Shown: piece by piece, positions 12,199-23,837 of the stretch
Layout of the letters: every line of letters starts with the position of its first letter
How positions within the stretch are numbered: the stretch's first letter is position 1
Assembly (NCBI GenBank): GCA_964016885.1
Contig: OZ024740.1
Coordinates: 40,424,001-40,488,000 of the forward strand
Source of the DNA: Eledone cirrhosa
Taxonomy: Eukaryota
DNA length: 64,000 nucleotides
Direction of reading: 5' to 3'
Made by a program: the position numbers and the translations under genes
The notes under the pieces: model-generated
The model's database searches: none
Told to the model about the DNA's origin: nothing
Seen by the model: only the letters and a program-made list of their open reading frames with translations

Positions 12199-12835
12199 CA
12201 TCATCATCAACGTTTAACGTCCGTGTTCCACGCTTGCATGGGTTTGGACGGGGGTTTTCCCACTTGAGGCAAGAGTGACTGTCTTGCTCGCATAGGACTG
12301 TCTGGCAGGTTTTCTACAGTTGGATGCCCTTCCTAACACCAACCACATTTAAAGTGTGGGTTTGGGAGGTTTTTACCGTGTTGCCTACACGGCCACATTA
12401 CAGCGTGGACTGTGTGTTTTTTTGTTGTGACACCTACACGATCTCATTTGTTTCGGCCTGGATGGTGTGGCACCAACATAACTTTACATAGAAGGGGCCG
12501 GTGTGGATGGGGTGGGGGTGGTGGAACGGGGGTGTATTTTGTTAGAGATGCCTACTGACTGTAGTAGGTTTTACTATGTATTTAGGTAAGGCGGGTCTTC
12601 TCTATTACTGAGTACCGCCAAAGGTCTCGGTCCAGTGACATTGTCTTGGAGAGGTGTAAGTGTGTGAGGTCGGAGTTTATCAGCTCGTCCCAGGTTTTTC
12701 TAGGTCTGCCTATTCCGTGGCTACCGTCTATCTTTATTGCCCTGCACTTTGTTATACAGCTATCAACTTTCATGCGCATCACGTGTCCATACCAACGTAG
12801 CCTTCTCTCGAGTAAACAACATCTGATCCCTCTTA
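12199..12835 (-). mobile_element. RTE-clade LINE (PHD-RT family), short 3' fragment
   Basis: IRGIRCCLLERRLRWYGHV...GRPRKTW plus 3' UTR and (GAT)n tail, flanked by (CATA)n. Confidence 0.9.
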
Positions 12836-12858
12836 TACATACATACATACATACATAC

Positions 12859-13469
12859 ATGGTGGCTGCCAACTCGTTTTCGAGTATGGCCACTACTTTA
12901 TATCCATGTAGGAGAACCCCTACCGATGCGCTGAACGAGTGTGACTTTTTAGTCCAGCCAGCGACTTGAAAACTCTGGTACAAACACTACACTTGTGACA
13001 ATTATTGACACATAGTGCTGGGCCCATGGTACCACGTGACGACAAGTGCAGAGAGATCTCCAGATATAAAGCAATGCCTGTGCCGTGAAGCTTTTATAGT
13101 GAGTAAAGGCACTGCACAAAGCCAGTCCCACTCTCTTAACCAAGATGATATTTATCAAAAAGAAGAACAAGTCAACATCATTGGATACCATCAGGGTTGC
13201 AGGTGTTATATCAGAGTTTTCCTTCTCCTAGAATTCTGCCTTGACAAAGGCTAAGGGGTCATCTCTCCCAGTGATTTTGGATGGCCATTGACTCTTAAGA
13301 GCTCCTTTGCCCTTTGACAGGTTTTGTTTTTAGTCCTGCAGGATGTCCAAAGTCACCCTCCTCACCAAGAAACCTTGGTGGGGTTGCCAGTTTAGTCGCC
13401 AACGACCCGACCATGAGACAGGTTGTACTGGGATACATGTTACCAGTAGCACCAACTGGTGACCTGACA
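12859..13469 (-). mobile_element. Non-autonomous RTE-derived element, copy 2 (full length)
   Basis: Colinear with 11571-12180 and has the same 5' end (tgtcaggtcaccag). Confidence 0.85.
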
Positions 13470-13475
13470 TAATAC

Positions 13476-13890
13476 ATGGTGGCTGCCAACTCGTTTTCGA
13501 GTACGGCCACTACTTTATATCCATGTAGGAGAACCACTACCGATGCGCTGAACGAATGTGACTTTTTAGTCCAGCCAGCGACTTGAAAACTCTGGTACAA
13601 ACACTACACTTGTGACAATTATTGACACATAGTGCTGGGCCCATGGTACCATGTGATAACGAGTGCAGAGAGATATCCAGATATAAAGCAATGCCTGTGC
13701 TGTGAAGCTTTTATAGTGAGCAAAGGCACTGCACAAAGCCAGTCCCACTCTCTTAACCAAGATGATATTTACCAAAAAGAACAAGTCAACATCATTGGAT
13801 ACCATCAGGGTTGCAGGTGTTATATCAGAGTTTTCCTTCTCCTAGAATTCTGCCTTGACAAAGGCTAAGGGGTCATCTCTCCCGGATGAC
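13476..13890 (-). mobile_element. Non-autonomous RTE-derived element, copy 3 (5'-truncated)
   Basis: Matches the 3' ~415 bp of copy 1. Confidence 0.85.
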
Positions 13891-13924
13891 ATAATACATA
13901 CATACATACATACATACATACATA

Positions 13925-16900
13925 AATGGCGACCGTTGTGGTCAGTGTCGGAAAATCGGACATGTGTAATTACGGCTTACATGAAGGCAACATACCATAT
14001 ATTGGAAAAAGTTGAGCTTCATTACGCGGTAAGATTACATGCAATAATTCTACATAAGTGTTTGAACTGTAAGTGTGTTGTAAAACACCTATTTATATGA
14101 ACGATACATACACTTATGATATATGAACGATACATACACTTTAACATAAATGCAACGTTGTTATATTACATTTATAAAGAAATATACAAGTAACGTTTTC
14201 GATTCAGAAACAAAAATATAAGTGTTTGAACTGTGAATAGGTTGTAGAACACCTATTTATATGAATGATACATAAACTTTAACATATAAATACCGCGTTG
14301 TTATATTATATTACATTCATAAAGGAATATACTAAGTAACGGTTCTTTTTGTTCTCGATTCAAACGATTCAAGAACGTTTAAAACACAGTTGTAGAATTA
14401 AAAACTAACTGAAAAGAAATATTACCCAAGCTGTGAATAACTTTAAATTTGATTCTGACAGAACTTTGTCGTAACTTTTAAAGAAGATCATCGACTATTT
14501 TGAAAAATAAATACGAAATATTAGTGAATAGACGAACTCATCATGGCAAAAAGTACAAGTCTCCTTCGACCAAATCGCAACTACAACCGTTGTATACAGT
14601 GGAGCTACGAGCTTAACAAAGTATTATATGAAGCATACAAACAATCTGAACCCCAAAAGTTCGGTTTTATGCAAAAGCTAAAAACTTTATGGAACTCCAA
14701 ACACCCAGAATTAGACTTTTCTCCAAAGCATTTAAATGAACAGGCAAAACATATCATTAGATGTAAATTGATACATCTAACGGAATTGAGTGATACTACA
14801 AATACAGCCCTTGTAGACAACCACCCCACCTCCACTGACAGACAAAGAGAATGGCCAGCTAAATCTAACAGTGAACAGCTCACCAACAATTTTGCTGAAA
14901 TCCATCCCACTTCCACTGAAGAACAGTGAGAAAGGTCAGCTGACTCTAGTAGTAATTGTCACCACATCAACAACGAGGCTGAAATTCATGCCTCTACTGA
15001 ACAAACAGAGCACCAAAAACTTGTGGGCACCCTACAAGTGATATGGAACAATATGTTTCAAGAGATACACAGCCTTAATGTGAGTGACAGACCATACAAC
15101 ACTAGAATCAGTAAAGAACCCACTAAATTGGAATTGGAAGCGGTGAACGAAATAGCTGGCAATTATCTGAAGGCTATACGATCTAAAGGTGTAGAAACGA
15201 CATTTGAAACGCTCAATGTTTTGTTATATGTTTCAGCTGTCACATTGCTATCATATAACACACATCTAAAACCACGCAATCAAGATACAAACAGAAAGCC
15301 TGAACCAGCGTGGATGCGAAATTTAAAAACCAAAATTTTGTCCCCGAGACGAAGTATCTCACACATCGCAGTCGTTATGAAATGCAACATAGAGAGCAAC
15401 TTCACACGACACCAGGAAGACCTAAAGAAAAAGTTAGAGAGACGATTTGGAGATACAAAATTTAAAACTTTGAACTCCAAATTACACCAGTTGAAACAAC
15501 AACTCATAGCTACAACAGAAAGACTAAAATATAAGTCAACAGCACATAAACGACAAGTGCTAAATAGATTGTTTGCCAGAGATCCTAAATCAGTTTATCG
15601 CAGCTTCGGTGGCAAAAGCTCAATCCCTGTAAACGACACCCCTTCAAAAGAACAGGTTGAGAGCTACTGGAGATCTGTATGGGAAACGGATGACGGATTC
15701 AACAGACAAGCTAAAAGAACTGGAACAGGACTACTGCCAACATGTCCAGACAAAACAATATGACATAGATGGGTCAATACTGGAAACAGCTCTACAGAAA
15801 ATGTCGAATAGGAAATCGCCAGGTCCAGACCTCATTACAGGATACTGGTTGAAGAATTTCACTTTCTATCGGCAAGATCTCATACGGCTGTTTACAGAAA
15901 CCATTAAGGGCACACAAGAACTGCCCAGATGGTTATCAACTGCCACTACTCTCCTCATTCCCCAAAATAGCCAAACCACCCTTGCTAAAAATTACCGCCC
16001 AATTACCTGCCAAAACATCATGTATAAATTATATACTGGGTGCCTTAACCTGTTCTTACAGGATCACTGTGCTACCAACAACATCATAACACCTGAGCAA
16101 GCTGGTGGAAAGAGGGAGGTGTGGGGTTGCATAGATCACCTACTAACTAACAAAATGATTCAGGAAAAAACAACAAAGAATCGCAGAAACATGACTGTCG
16201 TGTGGCTGGACTATCAAAAAGCATTTGATAGTGTACCTCATGGGTGGATTATTAAGGCTTTACAGTTAGCTAAAGTCCCACAACTATTGGTAGCTGCTGT
16301 TGAACGCCTGACCAAGAACTGGTACACCAATTTGATCCTTAGAGGTGAGAGGGAGCAGGTTAAGACTGATAAGATACATTACCAGAAGGGCATCTTTCAG
16401 GGTGATAGCTTGTCGGTGCTACTCTTCGTTCTCTCACTGAATCCACTATCTTACCTACTCAGGAAACAAGGTGGACAAAGAAGTGGGCCCAGAAGTATCT
16501 CCCATCTTTTCTTTGTTGATGACCTGAAGTTGTATGGGCCAAATATCAATGACATCAAGAAACAATTGGACCTTATTACACAATTTTCAACCGACATCAA
16601 AATGAAATTTGGTGAGTCCAAGTGTGCATATTTGGCAGTAAAACGTGTAAGAGCTGTGCCCTCCTCTAGAAATCTAGAGATGAACGGCCTGACAATACAA
16701 CCTCTGCAGTCAGGTGACAACTACAGATATCTTGGACAGGATGAGAATGTCAGATATGATGGACCCATAAATAAGGAGAGAACCAGAACTGAATACCTCA
16801 GAAGAGTAAAGAAAATATGGTCATCAGAACTGTCAGCATACAACAAATACATTGCCCACAATACTTATGCTGTGCCAATTCTAACGCCAACATTTGGCCT

Positions 16901-18111
16901 ACTGAACTGGTCATTGCAAGAACTAAGTGAGATGGATGTTAGAATTCGAAAACTTCTCAGTGTTACTGGCAACTTTAACATCAATGGTGATGTGGATAGG
17001 CTATACTTCTCACGCAAGGAAGGTGGCCGGGGTCTAAAATCAATATTAACAACATATGAGACCCGGATAGTAACACTGAAGCAACACCTTCAACAGAAGA
17101 AAAAGGTTGGCAACCATCTTGCCCAGGTTTATGAGCATGAAAAAAGAAATATCATTAGAATAGCGACTGATCTGGAGGAGAGATATGGAATAAAGCCTGA
17201 TATAAATCTCTCAGAAGATCCTATTCAATGTTCAAACAAGATAAGAAAATTGACCAATTTACAGAAAAAGTTGTGCATGGATACTTGAGGCGTAAAACAC
17301 AGACCATAGAGGGGATAAACTACTCAAAAAGCCTGGCATGGAGTTCCGACAAGTTTATGACATCACACCTTGAAGGATATCTCTATGCAATACAGGAACA
17401 AGAACTCCTTACCAAATATCTGCTGCACAAAAGAGGAGGGCCAGCAGCTGACAATAAATGTAGGCTATGTAAAACAAAGATCGAGGATGTAAGCCACATT
17501 GTTGCCAGCTGCGAAAGAATGTCATCTCGCTACTACCTCCCCATGAGACACGATGGGATAGCTAGAACCATCTGGAACGCACTTCGGAAAACAAAATTAA
17601 CAACAAACGAGGAAGAATATATCGAGACAGATGGCACTAAGGAATACTGGTGGAACCTGAAAATAAAAACTGCCACCAAATTAAAGCACAACCGGCCTGA
17701 TATTGTAGTTTGGGACCACACATTGAAAACGTGTTCTGTTGTGGAGATCAGCTGCCCACTTGATGTAAACGTTGTCAGAAAAATACAGGAGAAGGAGGAC
17801 ATCTGCAGACCATTGATGAGGAGTTTACAAATCCAGTATCCAAGATACACCTTTAGCTTCATACCCATCATTATTGGTGCTACGGGTTATATACCAACCC
17901 ACTTGGACCAAAGTATGACTGAACTTGGATTTGCGGACAAAAAGCGCAGCTCCCTAATTCATAGTCTGCAGATGGCTGCGATAGCTGGCACCTTCAAAAT
18001 TTGCAAAACATTCTTGCGATTCAAGGGATGACAATTTCTTTTCTTTTACAACCTTGCCACCAGGAAGGTGGACGGTCAAAAAAATTTACTCGAAATTAAG
18101 AGAAAGAGAAA
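13925..18111 (+). mobile_element. R4/Dong-clade RLE non-LTR retrotransposon, probably full length (family A)
   Basis: Single disrupted ORF 14543-18031 (stop at 14927, two frameshifts): N-terminal W...N..LYEAY..S.P motif, RT (SPGPD, YRPITC, DYQKAFD, GIFQGDSLS, FVDD), CCHC knuckle CRLC...H...C, RHD, and RPD...E...K endonuclease. Flanked by (CATA)n. Confidence 0.9.
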
Positions 18112-18180
18112 ACATACATACATACATGCATGCATGCATGCATGCATGCATGCATACATACATACATACATACATACATA

Positions 18181-20047
18181 CCCCTTGTCCTTTCTGCTCA
18201 AGAAATGTGAGGGATACATCATTGGCTCACAGGAGGACAGAAAAACGAACCTAACCCATAACTTCTTTGTGGACGATCTGAAACTCTATGCCAAGAACAT
18301 GGATGGGATGAAGAAAAATCTTGACCTGGTTACAACGTTCTCAAAAGATATAGGAATGGAGTTTGGCCAAGATAAATGCTCATACATGACTGTAAAGCGG
18401 GGAAAAACAACAACCCAATCTAGCAACATTGTCATCAATGGTCTAACTGTTTCACCGATATCTGATGAGGACTGCTACAGATACCTGGGGATAGATGAGA
18501 ACATATCCTATAATGGTATCTGTAATAAAGAACGCGTAACCAGGGAATACTACACCCGATTAAGAAAGATCTGGTCATCGGAACTCTCTGCGCAAAATAA
18601 AACAGTGGCTCACAATGTGTTTGCTGTGCCTGTCCTAACACCAACGTTTGGAATACTCAATTGGACGATAGATGAAATCCGAGCAGTTGATGTTGGAACT
18701 CGAAAAATACTGAACAACACCAGAAATTTCCACATCAACAGTGACATAGACCGCCTTTACTTGAAACGTAAGCAGGGAGACAGGGGCCTAACATCAGTCC
18801 AGACAACATTTGAATGTCGCATCATATCTCTCCGACAACATCTACGAACCTCGAAGCGTAGGAGCCCGCTTCTCGAGCAAGTCTATCTGCATGAAACAGA
18901 TAAGATCATGAGAGTTGGGAAGGAACTCCTTGAGAGATATTCCCTGTGTGATAATCAAAAACTCACACCCAGGGATGTCGCTCAGCAGTATCGCAGTGAA
19001 TCCATGGATGAAAAACTGCATGCCTATCAGCAAAAAATCATGCATGGATATGTTGCCAGGAAGCTCCAGAGTGAGAGTAATATAGATAAGGAAAGTAGTC
19101 TATCTTGGACCAACAACCGCTATATTGGCTCCCACTTTGAAGGATACGCTTTTGCAATCCAAGAGCAGGAGATTAGCACGAAATACCTGATTCACAAAAG
19201 AGATAGGGATGCAGGCAAAACACCTAGATGTGATAACAAGTGCAGACTCTGCAGAACTAACATCGAGGATATCACCCATGTCATCAGCAGCTGCCCAAAG
19301 ATGTCATCGCGGTACTATCTACCTATGAGGCATGATGTAGTGGCCAAAACACTGTACAATGCAGTTCGTAAAAAAGATAGCCTCGATAATAAACACATTA
19401 AAAGCTACAACAATGTGGAAGACATCCATATACATAATATGAAAGAGTACTGGTGGAATGTTCCAGTAAAAACCCCAATAAAATGCAGGCATAACAGACC
19501 AGATATTATGATATGGGACAGGGAGAAGAAAACATGCACAGTAGTGGAAATTAGCTGCCCAGCAGATGCCAATATAATATCAAAGATTAGTGAAAAGGAG
19601 AATATTTATGCAGAACTGATGAGAAATCTGCAGATACTCCACCCTACCTTCAGATTTATGCCTGTGATTATTGAGGCACTGGGATATGTTAGTAACTGCC
19701 TCAATACAAATCTTGAGAAGCTAGGCTTCACAGGAACAGAAAGAACACAACTAGTTAGGAAATTACAAGTACAATCCATTAATGGAACAGTAAAAATATG
19801 TAAAACATACCAAAAATGTTGCATCTAATAACTGCATATACACATGTACAGATACAAAGCATATACACATGCACACATACAACTCAAAACATACACATCC
19901 ATACATACAATAACATCCATATCTACACATGCATGCATGCAGACATACATAGTTGATGTTTAAATTCCAATGAGAGTCTTGTGTCTATGTTAGAAACCGA
20001 CTCTCTCTCTATTGGTAAAACTTTGTGAAATTATAAAACCAGAAGAA
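18181..20047 (+). mobile_element. R4/Dong-clade RLE non-LTR retrotransposon, 5'-truncated (family B)
   Basis: Uninterrupted frame 18182-19828: FVDD, YRYLG, CRLC...HVISSC, RHD, HNRPDIMIWD...VEISCP. (CATA)n on both sides. Confidence 0.92.
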
Positions 20048-20060
20048 CATACATACATAC

Positions 20061-20630
20061 ATGGTGGCTGCCAACTCGTTTTCGAGTATGGCCACTACTT
20101 TATATCCATGTAGGAGAACCCCTACTGATGTGCTAAACAAGTGTGACTTTTTAGTCCAGCCAGCGACTTGAAAACTCTGGTACAAACACTACACATGTGA
20201 CAATTATTGACAGTGCTAGGCCCATGGCACCAGATGACAAGTGTAGAGAGATCTCCAGATATAAAGCAATGCCTGTGCCGTGAAGCTTTTATAGTGAGCA
20301 AAGGCACTGCACAAAGCCAGTCCCACTCTCTTAACCAAGATGATATTTACCAAAAAGAAGAACACGTCAACATCATTGGATACCATCAGGGTTGCAGGTG
20401 TTATATCAGAGTTTTCCTTCTCCTAGAATTTTGCCTTGACAAAGGCTAAGGGGTCATCTCTCCAGGTGATTTTGGATGGCCATTGACTCTTAAGAGCTCC
20501 TTTGTCCTTTGACAGGTTTTGTTTTTAGTCCTGCAGGATGTCCAAAGTCACCCTCCTCACCAAAAAACCTTGGTGGGGTTGCCAGTTTAGTTGCCAACGA
20601 CCCGACCATGAGACAGGTTGTACTGGGATA
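20061..20630 (-). mobile_element. Non-autonomous RTE-derived element, copy 4 (slightly 5'-truncated)
   Basis: Colinear with copy 1 and ends in (CATA)n. Confidence 0.85.
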
Positions 20631-20664
20631 CATACATACATATGGTTGTACATACATACATACA

Positions 20665-20700
<36 letters not shown>

Positions 20701-20855
20701 TATATATAAAAATATATATATAATAATATTATTTATAGTTATGTATACACTAGTTTGGAAGAAACGATTGTCAGTAATTAAATGATATAAACATAGCTTT
20801 GATTATTTTGTAATTTATATATATATATATATATATAGTGTATGTGTATATATTA

Positions 20856-21464
20856 TGTCAGGTCACCAGTTGGTGCTATTGGTAACATGTATTCCAGTAC
20901 AACCTGTCCCATGGTCGAGTCGTTGGCGATAAACTGGCAACCCCACGAAGGTTTCTTGGTGAGGAGGGTGACTTTGGACATCCTGCAGGACTAAAAACAA
21001 AACCTGTCAAAGGGCAAAGGAGCTCTTAAGAGTCAATGGCCATCCAAAATCACCGGGAGAGATGACCCCTTAGCCTTTGTCAAGGCAGAATTCTAGGAGA
21101 AGGAAAACTCTGATATAACACCTGCAACCCTGATGGTATCCAATGATGTTGACTTGTTCTTCTTTTTGGTAAATATCATCTTAGTTAAGAGAGTGGGACT
21201 GGCTTTGTGCAGTGCCTTTGCTCACTATAAAAACTTCATGGCACAGGCATTACTTTATATCTGGAGATCTCTCTGCACTTGTCGTCACATGGTACCATGG
21301 GCCCAGCACTATGTGTCAATAATTGTCACAAGTGTAGTGTTTGTACCAGAGTTTTCAAGTCGCTGGCTGGACTAAAAAGTCACACTCGTTCAGCGCATCG
21401 GTAGGGGTTCTCCTACATGGATATAAAGTAGTGGCCGTACTCGAAAACGAGTTGGCAGCCACCA
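20856..21464 (+). mobile_element. Non-autonomous RTE-derived element, copy 5 (full length, inverted)
   Basis: Reverse complement of copy 1 with the same 5' start. Encodes a residual CSVCTRVFKSLAGLKSHTRSAH C2H2 finger. Confidence 0.85.
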
Positions 21465-21749
21465 CATATATACACACACACACATGGCAAGTGATAAATT
21501 TTTAAGCTGGATGCCTGGCTTGCAGAGAAAGCTACTTTTTCCCCAGCTGGAATATAAGAATGTAGAGCACTATAGATTGACATTCTGACCATATATACAT
21601 TACATCAGTATAATCAGGGCTCTCCTGTCAAAAGCAACAACTATAAATATTCCAAGCCAATAAGAAATCCTTTATGTCAGTGATTTACAACACTTCCCCC
21701 ATCATTTAACCCTCAGCTAGATGTATTTTGTCATTTTCCTCTCCACCTT

Positions 21750-22383
21750 ACTCTTCTTCTTTGCCCACTTATTCCTGAGAGGGTCGTGGGGGCAGAGTCT
21801 TCAAACACTCCTTCCAGTGGGTCCTGTCAAAAGCAACCGTCTCCAATTGATCTGGCTGGATCCCCAAGCATGACCAGCCAAGCTCATGGATGTTATCCAA
21901 CGATCTTGCTCGGAGTCTACCCCTGGATCTCCTGCTGGTTGGTTTTTGCCCATAAAATCTCTCCAGTGATTCTTTCCTGAGACATTCTAACCTCATGCTC
22001 ATAGTATTGGAACTGTGGTCTCTCAATTTGAAGTAGCAGCTCTACCTGGAGTAACTCTCTGATCTCTGACCTACACACTATATCAAGTAACATTACTCCA
22101 AAGACCCTTCGGGGGAACCCCATTTTGGCTGCTTGTATTCGCAATCATATTCTTTCAGTCATTACCCAAAATTAATGACCATAGGTAATACCAAATTGAA
22201 GATAGCGAGTTTGGCCTTTACGCCTACCTCCCTTCTTCTGATGACTGAATGCTGAAGTTGGCGTATTACTGCACCAGCTCCTGCAATTCTTACACTTAAT
22301 TCAGCCTTCGGCCTTCCATCACTCATGAACACAACCCCGAGATACTTGAATTTCTGTACCTGCTTCAGAGGAATTCCATTCAT
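21750..22383 (-). mobile_element. RTE-clade LINE 3' fragment (second family)
   Basis: QKFKYLGVVF, RIQAAKMGF, RRSRGRLRAR.LD. Homologous to 54270-54850. Confidence 0.8.
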
Positions 22384-22769
22384 CTTACTATCATGCAAAA
22401 ATATACAATAAATAATTCCTAAACATATAATAGGCCATGTCACTGCTAAAATACTAAGATAGCATGTTAGAGCTGGTGAGTATATATTAAGTTTGATACA
22501 ACGAAGCTTCACTTTAAAATGTGTTTATTGAATATTGATTGTCACGTTTTACAGGTGATTGGCTCAAGACCTATATGAATGTGACTCCAGTGTATATCTG
22601 CTCCTCAGACATGTGAACTCAATCAAAATGATATATCTGAATAGCAGATCGATTCTGGAGTCAAGTCTATCACATTACTACATATCTTGAGCCAATCATC
22701 AATGAAACATGTAACGGTTGATATTCAATAAAAGCATTTTAAAATGAAATTTTGTTGTATCAAACTTAA

Positions 22770-22978
22770 CCCTTTAGCATTTAAACCAGCCGTATTCAAC
22801 TAGAATTCTCTCACCTCTTTCTGTTCCAACTGGCTGCCCATACTTACGTTAAGGTATTGTTCTCAAAATAAATAACATCAAAATCTCATAGATTCAATAT
22901 TATGTGAGATAATTATGTAGGATAAAGTCGTTACCACAAAAATACAATAATATATAGAGTAATGTAAATGCTAAAGGG
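22770..22978. mobile_element. piggyBac-type MITE
   Basis: TTAA-flanked CCCTTTAGCATT TIRs; paralog of 7633-7850. Confidence 0.85.
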
Positions 22979-23837
22979 TTAATATATACACACTGTTATA
23001 GCATTGAGTGCTCACATTGGTACAACTTCCAGTAATCAACAAAATTACTGAATATGTTTAGATAAAGAGAATACTCTGATTTGATATGTTATCATTGTAA
23101 CAGACTAAGAGCTGACTCAAAAGAAATAAAAACTGTTGTAATGTCAAACAACAGAGCATATACTATATAAGAATATATACTCAACCTTCTTTTAAAATAA
23201 TTTCTGTCCCATTACCAAAGGACCACAATATGGGCAATAAAATGAATTATAGAATCTTTTCATATATTCTATGGTACATTACCTAATTTTTCTCATACTT
23301 ATTCCAAAATCAATATCATTAAATGATTTACTCTGGATACTGATTATCTAAGAGAGAACAGATAACTGTGATTATGATGCCAAAGATGAATGAGACCCAT
23401 CTAGTTTGAATCATTCGTTAGATTGGGAGGTTTTCTCTCTGGAATACTAAAGTATTTTAGAGAAAGGCTATTTATACATTTTTATACAGAATTCTAGCGT
23501 ATACGCAAATATTTTAGAGCAAGGCTATATATATACATTTTTATACAGAATTCATAAACTCTAGTGTAATGTAATCATTCCAGACCCTTATTGCAATATC
23601 TACACCACAACTTGATTTATTCAGAATTTAGCTTTTCTTTCTCACATTTATTTTAGTTAACTTTTCAATAGCCTCTATATGAAATGTTAACACTAACTTT
23701 TTCTTTCTCTTGCAAATGATGTCCTGGAATTATTTATTCTTAAAATAACTCTAGATTCCTACACCAACTATTCTCAGGTCAAAATATGCATGAAGTTGTC
23801 TCCTGTAATTGCTATAAAAATACAAATAATATTGATT

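Noticed and set aside
11660-13868. Repeated ~80-aa ORFs (MVSNDVDLFFF..., MLGPWYHV...) as a small gene family
   Set aside because: They recur only because the non-autonomous element is repeated. No domain similarity, and indels differ among copies.
18068-18181. N-terminus of the 586-aa ORF (HTYIHACMH...)
   Set aside because: Chance read-through from the Dong A 3' UTR across the microsatellite into truncated Dong B.
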